Origin: an uncultured Candidatus Saccharibacteria bacterium
GTDB lineage: Bacteria > Patescibacteriota > Minisyncoccia > Phycocordibacterales > PALSA-1337
Reading direction: 5' to 3'
Assembly (NCBI GenBank): GCA_964495685.1
Contig: CAZBVQ010000001.1
Coordinates: forward strand, 105,521 to 169,520
Length of the DNA stretch: 64,000 nt
Positions 8,966 through 17,001 of this stretch are shown piece by piece; the stretch's first letter is position 1; each line of letters begins with the position of its first letter. The notes under the pieces were generated by a model. It was not told the DNA's origin. It did not search any database and saw only the letters and a program-made list of their open reading frames with translations. Made by a program: the position numbers and the translations under genes.

Positions 8966-10099
8966 ATGAAAAAAATTATTATCCCGATAGTTATTCTTCT
9001 TCTTGTTGTGGTCATTGTCGGCTATTACTCATTAGTTTCTAATAAAACAGATACGCAGGAACCGATTGTTATTGGATACATCGGACCTCTTTCTGGTCCC
9101 TCTGCAGTTTTGGGGATGGACGCTGTTAAAGCAGTCCAGATTGCCGTTGACGAAGCAAACGTCAAAGGAGGTGTTAATGGCAGGGAACTCAAGATGGTTT
9201 TCCAAGACGATCAGTACCTAACAAAAAATACGGTTACTGCCTATCGAAAGATGGTTGACACCGACGGTGCCAAGATTGTTTTAGTTGCCAACTTTGGCGG
9301 GGTTCTCGCCTTGAAGGATGCGGCAGTGAAAGACGGTGTTATTATAATTGATCCACTCGACTGTAATGCCCGAGTTGCTGATTCTAGTAAAAATCTGTTT
9401 TGCATCGCTACCGAAACAGAGTCGATTGGTACGTCTCTTGCACACAAATTGGTTTCTCAAGGAAAATTGAAGGCAGGAATCATGTATTCAACTAAAGACG
9501 AGTTTATGTCATTGGTTAGTGATGCTTTCCGCAACACGTTTGCGAAAGCTGGTGGCGTAGCCATTGTTGAGTCATTCAATTATGAGGATAAAGACTTCAA
9601 GACTCAACTCACAAAGATTAAATCAGAAAATCCTGATGCATTGGTTCTCCTAGGACACGATGAAACAGGTATAATTATGAAACAGGCACGCGATCTTGGA
9701 CTCAAAGCACCCTTCATGACAACAGGTACAATCACAAGCCCTGGGGCACAAGAAGCTGCGCGTGGATATGCCGAAGGTACACTATTTGCATTTTGGGATG
9801 CTAGTTCGGACAACCTAGGAGCACAATCACTGACTAGTACATTTACCAAATTAGTTGGTCGCCCGCCAATATTTCCTCTTACGACTCATCCTGCATACGA
9901 CGCGGTAACCGTTCTTACGACTCAGGTTTTGCCTGGAATCAATGGAGATATTACTGCCGAAAAGATAAGGGCGGGACTTCTGTCGGTCAAAGGATACAAG
10001 GGTGTAACGGGAACGATTACTATCGACAGCAATGGGGCGGCTCCAATACAAGAGAGTGTGTATAAGCTCGTGAACGGTGCTCCAGTTAAGGCGGAGTAG
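8966..10099 (+). CDS. periplasmic substrate-binding protein, LivJ/LivK-like (Peripla_BP_6), orphan copy 1
   Basis: Signal/TM N-terminus followed by IVIGYIGPLSGP...GVNGRELKMVFQDDQY, typical of branched-chain amino acid binding proteins. Confidence 0.8.
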   Translation: MKKIIIPIVILLLVVVIVGYYSLVSNKTDTQEPIVIGYIGPLSGPSAVLGMDAVKAVQIAVDEANVKGGVNGRELKMVFQDDQYLTKNTVTAYRKMVDTDGAKIVLVANFGGVLALKDAAVKDGVIIIDPLDCNARVADSSKNLFCIATETESIGTSLAHKLVSQGKLKAGIMYSTKDEFMSLVSDAFRNTFAKAGGVAIVESFNYEDKDFKTQLTKIKSENPDALVLLGHDETGIIMKQARDLGLKAPFMTTGTITSPGAQEAARGYAEGTLFAFWDASSDNLGAQSLTSTFTKLVGRPPIFPLTTHPAYDAVTVLTTQVLPGINGDITAEKIRAGLLSVKGYKGVTGTITIDSNGAAPIQESVYKLVNGAPVKAE

Positions 10100-10115
10100 A
10101 ATAAAATTTCTTGCA

Positions 10116-10153
10116 CACAAAAACCACTCCATAACCGGAGTGGTTTTTGTGTG
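10116..10153. terminator. bidirectional intrinsic terminator between convergent genes
   Basis: Hairpin cacaaaaaccactcc-ataacc-ggagtggtttttgtgtg, with U-tracts on both strands. Confidence 0.7.
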
Positions 10154-10155
10154 TA

Positions 10156-10896
10156 TTAACTTGCTGTCACCCCCCACAACATCTCAAACACCGACCTGAA
10201 GACATCCACCATAGCTGGAATCGCAACAACAACAGCCAACGCCTTTATTTCTGGTCCGATGATCACAATTTTGTCGGCATAAATATCGATGGTGCTTTTG
10301 AATACGTATTTTTCGGGCAAGTATTTGAAGGTGCGCAATAGCTTGGGATCATTTTGCCCTTCTTCGCTACGTGAATCGTTGGAAAGTAATAATTTTACGC
10401 GCGTATTGTGTGCAGCGCGCTTTTTGCGGAATGAAATAAGGAAATCTCGATCAATATTCAAGAATCCGGAGACACTGCCGATGATGTAGTACTCTTTGTT
10501 GCGATATTCTTCGAGAATGTCCATGTAGAAGGCCTCGAACTCGCGCTTTGACTTGATCAGTCGTACGCCATACTCTCTGGCTTCAGCGCCCTGCATGCGT
10601 TCGAGGAGAGGGATGATCGAGGCGAGGGAAGCAAGCTTGCGTTCCTGGAGAATTGGCAACTTATTTGGCTGGAGGGGAGTATAAAATCTTTTACTGCCTT
10701 GGTCACTTTCGGTGATCATGCAGTGATGAATCAGGCGTTCAATAACCGGGTACACAGTGGTACGTTTTATGCCCAATTCTTTGGCCAGAATGGTGGCAGG
10801 AGCGCCTCCGAGTTGGAGTAGCTTCAGATACACCTGAATATCTAGTTCAGCGAGGCCAAAATCACCCAAAACCTTACTAATTGCTTCATTATTCAT
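10156..10896 (-). CDS. TrmB-family transcriptional regulator (copy 2)
   Basis: HTH ELDIQVYLKLLQLGGAPATILAKELGIKRTTVYPVIERL; paralogous to copies 1 and 3. Confidence 0.7.
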   Translation of the reverse strand: MNNEAISKVLGDFGLAELDIQVYLKLLQLGGAPATILAKELGIKRTTVYPVIERLIHHCMITESDQGSKRFYTPLQPNKLPILQERKLASLASIIPLLERMQGAEAREYGVRLIKSKREFEAFYMDILEEYRNKEYYIIGSVSGFLNIDRDFLISFRKKRAAHNTRVKLLLSNDSRSEEGQNDPKLLRTFKYLPEKYVFKSTIDIYADKIVIIGPEIKALAVVVAIPAMVDVFRSVFEMLWGVTAS

Positions 10897-10984
10897 TGTT
10901 GTTAAAAAATTACGACAGTATAGTAAATTAAGTATAATATATTCACAAATAAAGTCAAAGTAGACTACAATTTGTTAAAATATA

Positions 10985-11013
10985 TTGACAAATAGGGTAG
11001 TCTCGTGTATACT
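10985..11013 (+). promoter_or_regulatory. sigma70-like promoter (TTGACA-17 nt-TATACT), ending 7 nt before ATG 11021, which would give a leaderless mRNA
   Basis: TTGACA at 10985-10990 and TATACT at 11008-11013; no Shine-Dalgarno sequence between the -10 and the ATG. Confidence 0.5.
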
Positions 11014-11020
11014 TAGGCCC

Positions 11021-12139
11021 ATGAAAACAAAAATTATTTCAGTAGCAGTGATTTTAGCCATTATTATAGTGATAGCTATTATTTCTGCTCACAATAGCGG
11101 TCAAACAGTCAAAATTGGCGCATTGTACCCACGCACAGGCGGATTGGCTTCATATGGTGAGCCTGCCTACAACATGGCCAAGATTGCCGTCGAGGATGTG
11201 AATGCTTCGGGTGGTATTCATGGTCAGAAATTGGAATTGATCGCCGAAGACCATGTATGTGACCCGAAAATAGCTTTGTCGGCATACGCCAAACTTCGTG
11301 ATACGCAGGGCGTCGCTATATTCACCGCAGTTGCATGCAGCGGAACTATTTCTGCTATTGCCCCCAATCTGGAAAAAGATTCGACGGTACTTCTCGGCAC
11401 AGTCACGAGTGCAAATAAACTTTCAGGGATCTCGCCATCATTTTTCCGTAACTGGGCCTCTGACGCACAGGAGTCTCGATTGATTGCCGATCGTATTGTT
11501 GCGAACAAGTACAAGACGGTGGCTGCATTGTATGAAGAGACAGATTACGCCAAAGGATTGGTCGTGTCGCTCGAGGGATTCTTGGCTAGTTCCAGCGTTA
11601 CTGTTTCAAAAGAATCATTTGTCTCTGGTGCAGGCGATGTACGCACACAACTCAAGAAATTGCAGAGCATGAATGCTGATGCGGTATTCATTAGTGTGCA
11701 GACGGTAACCAGCGGGGAAGTCGTTTTGAAACAAATGGAACAGCTCGGATTTCACCCTAAGGTTTTGTTCGTGAATGACAACATCATCAAGGCCACATCT
11801 CTTGTCACTGCGCATAGTGAATTACTCGAAGGTGCGATCGGGGGAGATTACGTGTTCGAAGTCTCTGATGAGGCGCGCGGTGTCCTCGCTCATTACAAGA
11901 ATGTCTACGGTGTCGATTGCCCGCAGGTAAATATTTGTCTGGCTGAATATGATGCGATACGAATGCTCGCAGAAGCCATCAAGGAAAAAGGTGTAGTAGC
12001 ACAAGATGTCAGGGGATATTTGGCGGATAGTTCATACCAGGGACTCACGGGAACTATTTCTTTTGATGGCAAGAATGATAGGGAGGGTGCAGGGTATTCG
12101 TTGTTTGGGATTGACAAAGGTGCTGTGAATAAATTGTAA
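11021..12139 (+). CDS. periplasmic substrate-binding protein, LivJ/LivK-like, orphan copy 2
   Basis: MKTKIISVAVILAII TM then VKIGALYPRTGGLASYGEP...GIHGQKLELIAEDH; paralogous to copies 1 and 3. Start placed at the internal ATG just after the promoter. Confidence 0.8.
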   Translation: MKTKIISVAVILAIIIVIAIISAHNSGQTVKIGALYPRTGGLASYGEPAYNMAKIAVEDVNASGGIHGQKLELIAEDHVCDPKIALSAYAKLRDTQGVAIFTAVACSGTISAIAPNLEKDSTVLLGTVTSANKLSGISPSFFRNWASDAQESRLIADRIVANKYKTVAALYEETDYAKGLVVSLEGFLASSSVTVSKESFVSGAGDVRTQLKKLQSMNADAVFISVQTVTSGEVVLKQMEQLGFHPKVLFVNDNIIKATSLVTAHSELLEGAIGGDYVFEVSDEARGVLAHYKNVYGVDCPQVNICLAEYDAIRMLAEAIKEKGVVAQDVRGYLADSSYQGLTGTISFDGKNDREGAGYSLFGIDKGAVNKL

Positions 12140-12151
12140 AGATGCACCCAA

Positions 12152-12901
12152 TCAATTTTCCTCACTCGCATTCCACATAATCCCGTACATCTCCTGGTGC
12201 ATACGAATGACACTCTTATTTTCGATCACGATGCCAATAATCGGCTGTGTGAGCTGGTGAATCAATACTCGTTGTGGCGTAATGACTAGATTGGTAGTGA
12301 GTGTAGTCGCGGTAGGTAACATACGCGCCTCAGCATTGAAATTCTTTGCTAGAGATAACCATTTGTGACCCATGCCAGTGTCTTGCACAAGCATTTTTAT
12401 GGTGATTGGAAGTTTGGCACGGCGAAAGGAGAAGTCGGTGAAATACTCTTCATCGGCATTTACCCAGTGATCAACATTGCCCATGATGAGATATTCTTGG
12501 TGTGGTCGTATGTCGCGCAGGAAACTTTCGTATACACTTTTGACTGACTCGATACCCTCGTAATATCTGATGAAACTTTCTCCGCCTCTGAGATTGTAGA
12601 GTGCTGAAAATTCAGGTAGTAATTCCTTGAACCGAGCACGTCTCGCCTCGAGAATACTCTCGAGTTTGTCGGGATGTTCGGCGCTGAACTTTTTCTTGAA
12701 TCCCGCAACCTCAATATTCATGAGCCCTTTTTGCTTGAGTGATTCGACGACGGAATAGACTGTCGTACGCTTGAGACCTGCCGCTTGCGATAGCCGTAGG
12801 ATGGTAGTCGGACCCAAAGAAAGGGCGGCAAAGTAAACGCCGGACTCATTTTCAGTGAGGCCGAGACCTTGCAATGTTTCTGTAAGTTGATTGTTTTTCA
12901 T
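12152..12901 (-). CDS. TrmB-family transcriptional regulator (copy 3)
   Basis: HTH LTENESGVYFAALSLGPTTILRLSQAAGLKRTTVYSVVESL. Confidence 0.7.
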   Translation of the reverse strand: MKNNQLTETLQGLGLTENESGVYFAALSLGPTTILRLSQAAGLKRTTVYSVVESLKQKGLMNIEVAGFKKKFSAEHPDKLESILEARRARFKELLPEFSALYNLRGGESFIRYYEGIESVKSVYESFLRDIRPHQEYLIMGNVDHWVNADEEYFTDFSFRRAKLPITIKMLVQDTGMGHKWLSLAKNFNAEARMLPTATTLTTNLVITPQRVLIHQLTQPIIGIVIENKSVIRMHQEMYGIMWNASEEN

Positions 12902-13049
12902 AAAATGTCGAAAAAAGCGACAACATTATGATTATACATCATATTGGTCATATAAGTAAAAACATAATTATGTCGACAAATATGACATAAATTGACATAG
13001 AGAACATAATTATTCTGTAATCATTATTTATACATTACCGAATAATCCC

Positions 13050-14195
13050 ATGAAATATAAGAAATTAGTGATAAGTGCGGTGGTTGTCATTGTTATCATC
13101 GTTTTACTTATCTCGCGAGGGGGAACCTCTTCTTCGCCAGAATCAGTTAAAATCGGCAATATTCTATTCATGACTGGACCCCTCGCCTCTCTTGGGGAAC
13201 AGGAGCTGAATGGTATGAAGTTGGCAGAAACTCAAATCAATAAAACAGGAGGTATCAATGGCCGAAAACTTGAGTTAGTTACGGAAGATTACGCTGGCGA
13301 TTCCAAGCAGGCAGTTTCTGCATTTGAGAAACTGAAAAACGAAGGAGTTCGATTTATACTCATTGATGGCGGCGCTGCCATAGGGCCGGTAGGACCGCTC
13401 GTTCGCTCAAATAGTGACGTCATGAGTATGGTGCCGATCGGAATTACGCATTCGTATTTTGATGACAATCCTCGTACGTGTCGGTTGGCTTTTACTGCGC
13501 GTGATTACGGTGCAACTATCGGTATGTATCTTAAAAATACATTTAACCGTCCTCGAATAGCGTTTTTGGTAAGCGCAAATGAATACGGCAAGGCCGCCAT
13601 GACCCAGGTTTCTATGGCAGTTACGGAAATGGGCGGATCCATTATTCTTGGTGAGACGTATGAACAGGGTGTTTCCGACTTTCGTACGCAGATAACAAAG
13701 CTCAAAGAGAAACAGAGTGATATTGATGCGCTTGTCGTCATCAATGCGACCAACTCGATTGAGCCCATGTTGATGCAATTGAAACAATTGGGTTTCAGCA
13801 AACCGATTGTTTCGGATATGTTCAGTATCGTTAACGCGTCGCTCAAGGATCGTTCGTTGGCAGAAGGTGTAGTCTTTATTGATTATCCTTTTGTAGCAGA
13901 TCCACACGATTCTGATTCTGTCGAGCTTGCTTCATTCAAGCGGGAATACTTCGCGGCATACGGTAAGTATCCCGTTGCGGCGGCGGTTGTCGGCTACGAT
14001 GCAGTGATGACCCTTGCAGTGGCAATGAAGCATTCGGCTGGACTAACTGCGCAGGAGGTTTCAACTTATCTGACTACCAGATTGGGTGAATACAAGGGTG
14101 TGAGTGGTACATTTAGCTTTGACTCAGACTGTGAGGTGAAGCGTGAGACAGTGATGCGTAAGGTCGTTGATGGAGAATTTGTAACCGTAAGGTAG
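13050..14195 (+). CDS. periplasmic substrate-binding protein, LivJ/LivK-like, orphan copy 3
   Basis: VKIGNILFMTGPLASLGEQ...GINGRKLELVTEDYAGD; N-terminal TM. Confidence 0.8.
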   Translation: MKYKKLVISAVVVIVIIVLLISRGGTSSSPESVKIGNILFMTGPLASLGEQELNGMKLAETQINKTGGINGRKLELVTEDYAGDSKQAVSAFEKLKNEGVRFILIDGGAAIGPVGPLVRSNSDVMSMVPIGITHSYFDDNPRTCRLAFTARDYGATIGMYLKNTFNRPRIAFLVSANEYGKAAMTQVSMAVTEMGGSIILGETYEQGVSDFRTQITKLKEKQSDIDALVVINATNSIEPMLMQLKQLGFSKPIVSDMFSIVNASLKDRSLAEGVVFIDYPFVADPHDSDSVELASFKREYFAAYGKYPVAAAVVGYDAVMTLAVAMKHSAGLTAQEVSTYLTTRLGEYKGVSGTFSFDSDCEVKRETVMRKVVDGEFVTVR

Positions 14196-14218
14196 GTTGA
14201 AGGTGGCATCACAATAGT

Positions 14219-14245
14219 AAAGCCGCTCCCCCCCAGAAGCGGCTG
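14219..14245. terminator. GC-rich hairpin between convergent genes (weak U-tract)
   Basis: aagccgct-cccccccag-aagcggct. Confidence 0.4.
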
Positions 14246-14265
14246 TGATCCTGAACTGATTCCAG

Positions 14266-14817
14266 CTATGCCGTTTTCTGGCGCAGGCGAGGGAATTCCC
14301 AGGACGGATTGCTCATGATCGCGTGGTAGAACCACGGGGCAAGTGCAACTGCAAAGAACAGATTGCCCGCAAGATGTCGTATGGTGAATGGCACTTGCCC
14401 AATCAGAGCCGCTGACCAAGACTGGTCATAGAGGAGTGGCCCAGCCATGACACCAGTGATCAGATCGAAGAATAGTGTTCCCACGATACTGGCCATGACG
14501 AAATGTGTGGCAGTGGCTTTGCGGTTGCGGAAGAAATATCCACCTCCGATACCGACTAGACCATAGGTAATGGCCGTCAGGATGGTCCACGAGCCGATCT
14601 TGCCGACAATGGCATCGAGAGCAACCATACTCAAGGCGCCATACAAACCTCCAACAACAGGCCCGTACGCTTTTGATCCGGCGTACTGGGTGGCCATGAG
14701 TGGAGAGATATTCCACATGCCCAAGACGGGCGTGATCAAGCGGAAGATGAGTGTTGCTACGAACCCGGCAGCGTATTTCGGCATGCCGGCCAATGGATGG
14801 ACGAGTGCATTTTTCAT
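14266..14817 (-). CDS. small polytopic membrane protein, possibly an ECF-transporter S component (RibU-like riboflavin transporter inferred from the upstream FMN-like leader)
   Basis: 183 aa, about 5-6 hydrophobic helices; the size and topology fit ECF S components. The riboflavin assignment rests only on the leader motif. Confidence 0.4.
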   Translation of the reverse strand: MKNALVHPLAGMPKYAAGFVATLIFRLITPVLGMWNISPLMATQYAGSKAYGPVVGGLYGALSMVALDAIVGKIGSWTILTAITYGLVGIGGGYFFRNRKATATHFVMASIVGTLFFDLITGVMAGPLLYDQSWSAALIGQVPFTIRHLAGNLFFAVALAPWFYHAIMSNPSWEFPRLRQKTA

Positions 14818-14904
14818 AATAATGCGGGTTTACTAATAACACCCACACAGCGTACCTACGAGGATTCATGTACGAAACAGTCATACATGGCCTGGCGCGG
14901 GCAA

Positions 14905-15005
14905 ACCAGCGAAGTGCTGGGGTGTACGAGATCGGACTTGTCGGCCCTCGACGGGGCAGACATACCGTTGCGCGACAGTGAGGGAATCACACCCTACTTC
15001 ATCGT
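14905..15005 (-). ncRNA. candidate FMN riboswitch-like (RFN-like) leader
   Basis: Minus-strand RNA GAAGUAGGGUGUGAUUCCCUCACUGUCGCGCAACGGUAUGUCUGCCCCGUCGAGGGCCGACAAGUCCGAUCUCGUACACCCCAGCACUUC. It contains GGGUG(NN)AUUCCC, CAACGGUA, GCCCCG and GCCGACA..AGUC.GAU blocks resembling the RFN core, and a P1-like closing helix GAAGU/ACUUC. It is shorter than a typical RFN element. Confidence 0.4.
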
Positions 15006-15037
15006 ACACGCTGTATGTGGGCAGTAGTATAGCATAT

Positions 15038-15070
15038 AAAAAACCGTGCGCTCTCGGCGTACGGTCTTTT
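15038..15070 (-). terminator. intrinsic terminator downstream of the HU gene
   Basis: Minus-strand hairpin accgtacgcc-gaga-gcgcacggt followed by UUUUUU. Confidence 0.65.
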
Positions 15071-15092
15071 ACTCGATAGTAGGAGACAGGGG

Positions 15093-15365
15093 CTATTTGA
15101 CAGCGTCCTTGAGAGCCTTTGCGGCGCGGAACTTCGGAACCTTCATAGCGGGGACCTTGATGGCCTCACCGGTACGAGGGTTGCGAGCTTCACGAGCTGC
15201 GCGTTGCTTGACGGAAAAGATACCGAGACCAGCGATAGAGACCTCTTCGCCCTTCTTGAGCGAATCAACGATGCTGTTGATCACTGTCTCGACCGCCTGT
15301 TCGGCTTGAACCTTTGTTCCGCCGAGAACACCATGAACTGCGTCTACAATTGATGCTTTATTCAT
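15093..15365 (-). CDS. hup: HU-family DNA-binding protein
   Basis: MNKASIVDAVHG...GEEVSIAGLGIFSVKQRAAREARNPRTGEAIKVPA is canonical HU/IHF. Start taken at the internal Met that yields 90 aa. Confidence 0.9.
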   Translation of the reverse strand: MNKASIVDAVHGVLGGTKVQAEQAVETVINSIVDSLKKGEEVSIAGLGIFSVKQRAAREARNPRTGEAIKVPAMKVPKFRAAKALKDAVK

Positions 15366-15525
15366 TGTTGTTTTCGTTATGCTAATAAACTGGTCTCGGC
15401 CCGCCGCACGAGGGCGGATCGAGTCTCGAACCATGTCCCAATTATATAATAAGCCATATTTTGGGCAATAGGGTGGAGGATTTGACGAAACCACACTATT
15501 ATTTCAGAAAATTGATGTGTATATA

Positions 15526-15556
15526 CAAAAATCCCCAGCCGGAGGCCGGCTGGGGA
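15526..15556 (-). terminator. intrinsic terminator downstream of the acyltransferase gene
   Basis: ccccagccgg-agg-ccggctgggg hairpin followed by a U-tract on the minus strand. Confidence 0.65.
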
Positions 15557-15577
15557 TGAGGGGAACGCTTGCAAGGC

Positions 15578-16354
15578 CTACTGGTCTCCGAAGTATCGTT
15601 CCCATGTCTGTTTGGGAATATCATTAGTATCGAGTAGGGTTAGGAAGTCAATACTCTTAAACTCGCCGTCCAGTGCCGGTGGTCCACAAATTTTGGCACC
15701 AAGTAATAAGTACAGGCCAAGTAGCCTTGGTGTACTCGGGGGCGGCATTGACACCACATCGAGCGGACATTTGTACGCTTGTGTCGGGGTTGTGAGAAAA
15801 CGCCTCTCAACAAGATGCCCCTTTTTAAGGAACTCGTACACTGCTGCGCCATCGGCTGGGTTATCAGACGGGATTGAACTACAGCCGATGAGTTTGGTGA
15901 CTCCGTGATCTTTGGCGTAGTCCGCAATGCCGCGTAAGAGTAGCCTGAGCACATTTGGCACTTTCTGGTATTTCGGGTGAACAGAAGCTCTGCCCAACTC
16001 GATTAGTTGATCGTGGATGTCTTCAAATGGCCTAAAATCAAACTCCTGTGCACTATAGAACCCAAAGTGTTTGTTGGCCATTCGCCCAGTTTGTAGCCGA
16101 TAGGTGCCGACGATTTCACCAGATTCTGACTCAACACATAGATGGTCGCATACAGCGTCGAAATCATCCGCATCCTTTCCTGTGACTCGGGACTCAGGCA
16201 GCCCTTCTCCGATCGAGGCGAACACCGTGTGACGTAGTCGTTGTGCGGCCTCAATTTTTTTGGGTTCACGAGTGATGTATGAGGTGAAAATTTTCCGAGT
16301 TACACCTCCTGTGGTCGTTTGACCTAGTCCCGCAAGATTTCCTGCATTTTTCAT
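15578..16354 (-). CDS. GNAT-superfamily N-acyltransferase (Acetyltransf_5 / OlsB-like N-acyl amino acid synthase family)
   Basis: FDAVCDHLCVESESGEIVGTYRLQTG and the following blocks resemble ornithine-lipid N-acyltransferase and hemolysin-like GNATs. Start at internal Met MKNAG. Confidence 0.55.
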   Translation of the reverse strand: MKNAGNLAGLGQTTTGGVTRKIFTSYITREPKKIEAAQRLRHTVFASIGEGLPESRVTGKDADDFDAVCDHLCVESESGEIVGTYRLQTGRMANKHFGFYSAQEFDFRPFEDIHDQLIELGRASVHPKYQKVPNVLRLLLRGIADYAKDHGVTKLIGCSSIPSDNPADGAAVYEFLKKGHLVERRFLTTPTQAYKCPLDVVSMPPPSTPRLLGLYLLLGAKICGPPALDGEFKSIDFLTLLDTNDIPKQTWERYFGDQ

Positions 16355-16470
16355 GGTTCTGTCCTTCCATGGCTCTGTTGAGCTGATTTTGTTCAAAGTG
16401 GTTCCGCAAAACAATATCAAAAAAATGGAGATGAGTCAACCGTCACCTCTTTAGGCCGATTTGTAAATAG

Positions 16471-16499
16471 TTGACAGATTATTTTATTGATGATACAAT
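16471..16499 (+). promoter_or_regulatory. near-consensus sigma70 promoter (TTGACA-17 nt-TACAAT)
   Basis: TTGACA at 16471-16476, 17-nt spacer, TACAAT at 16494-16499; 12 nt before ATG 16512. Confidence 0.6.
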
Positions 16500-16511
16500 T
16501 TAGACCGAAGC

Positions 16512-16814
16512 ATGAGTGCTCCAATAAATTCAAAGCATAACCGCGCAATCGGGATGTTTTCTGCGGAGTCGATAGGTCAATTGATTACGCAGACTCAATC
16601 CAAGAAAAAAGTAAATGTTGCTGTGATTAGGGCGAGGGTCAGGCAAGATCGTCGGGATCAGCGTCGCTGGAAAGAGGCGGCGATACGGTCCTGGTGGGAC
16701 TTTCGTCGCGATTGGCCGTCTATGAAGGTCGGTAATCGGATTGGTAAATGGCATCCGTCCCTCAACAGAATTGAGTTTCCAGACGGGACTACGACGCCAG
16801 CGCCAAAACAGTAA
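16512..16814 (+). CDS. hypothetical Arg-rich basic protein (100 aa)
   Basis: ORF immediately downstream of the consensus promoter and upstream of a strong terminator; the antisense ORF 16530..16826 was judged less likely. Confidence 0.35.
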   Translation: MSAPINSKHNRAIGMFSAESIGQLITQTQSKKKVNVAVIRARVRQDRRDQRRWKEAAIRSWWDFRRDWPSMKVGNRIGKWHPSLNRIEFPDGTTTPAPKQ

Positions 16815-16931
16815 CATTACCTGCACTACTTGGCAGCGACTTTAACCCGGTGAACATGAGTAGATGTTCACCACCACATTAAGTTCGAGACCCAGTCGCG
16901 AATTTATAGGGTAGATACGGATGATTCTTAA

Positions 16932-16970
16932 ACAAAAACCGCACATCCTGGGAAGGCGTGCGGTTTTGTC
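16932..16970. terminator. bidirectional intrinsic terminator (serves the small plus-strand gene and the RNase Y gene)
   Basis: aaaaaccgcac-atcctgggaaggc-gtgcggttttgt. Confidence 0.7.
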
Positions 16971-17001
16971 ATTCTAGGTCCGGCCTGGAAATTACTAGGA
17001 A

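Noticed and set aside
14426-14884. 152-aa minus-strand ORF in an alternative frame overlapping the RibU-like gene
   Set aside because: His/Arg/Cys-rich nonsense-like translation; the co-framed hydrophobic ORF is the plausible gene.
15380-15440. tRNA-like fragment (gatcgagtctcgaacc) upstream of the HU gene
   Set aside because: No cloverleaf is possible; likely promoter or leader sequence of hup.
16421-17001. Possibility that the promoter-terminator unit is RNase P RNA, tmRNA, SRP or 6S RNA
   Set aside because: No P4 GGAAAGUCCGG / ACAGAA..CCGGCUUA motifs, no tRNA-like 3' end or tag-peptide frame, no SRP domain IV motif. Kept as an ORF/unknown unit instead.
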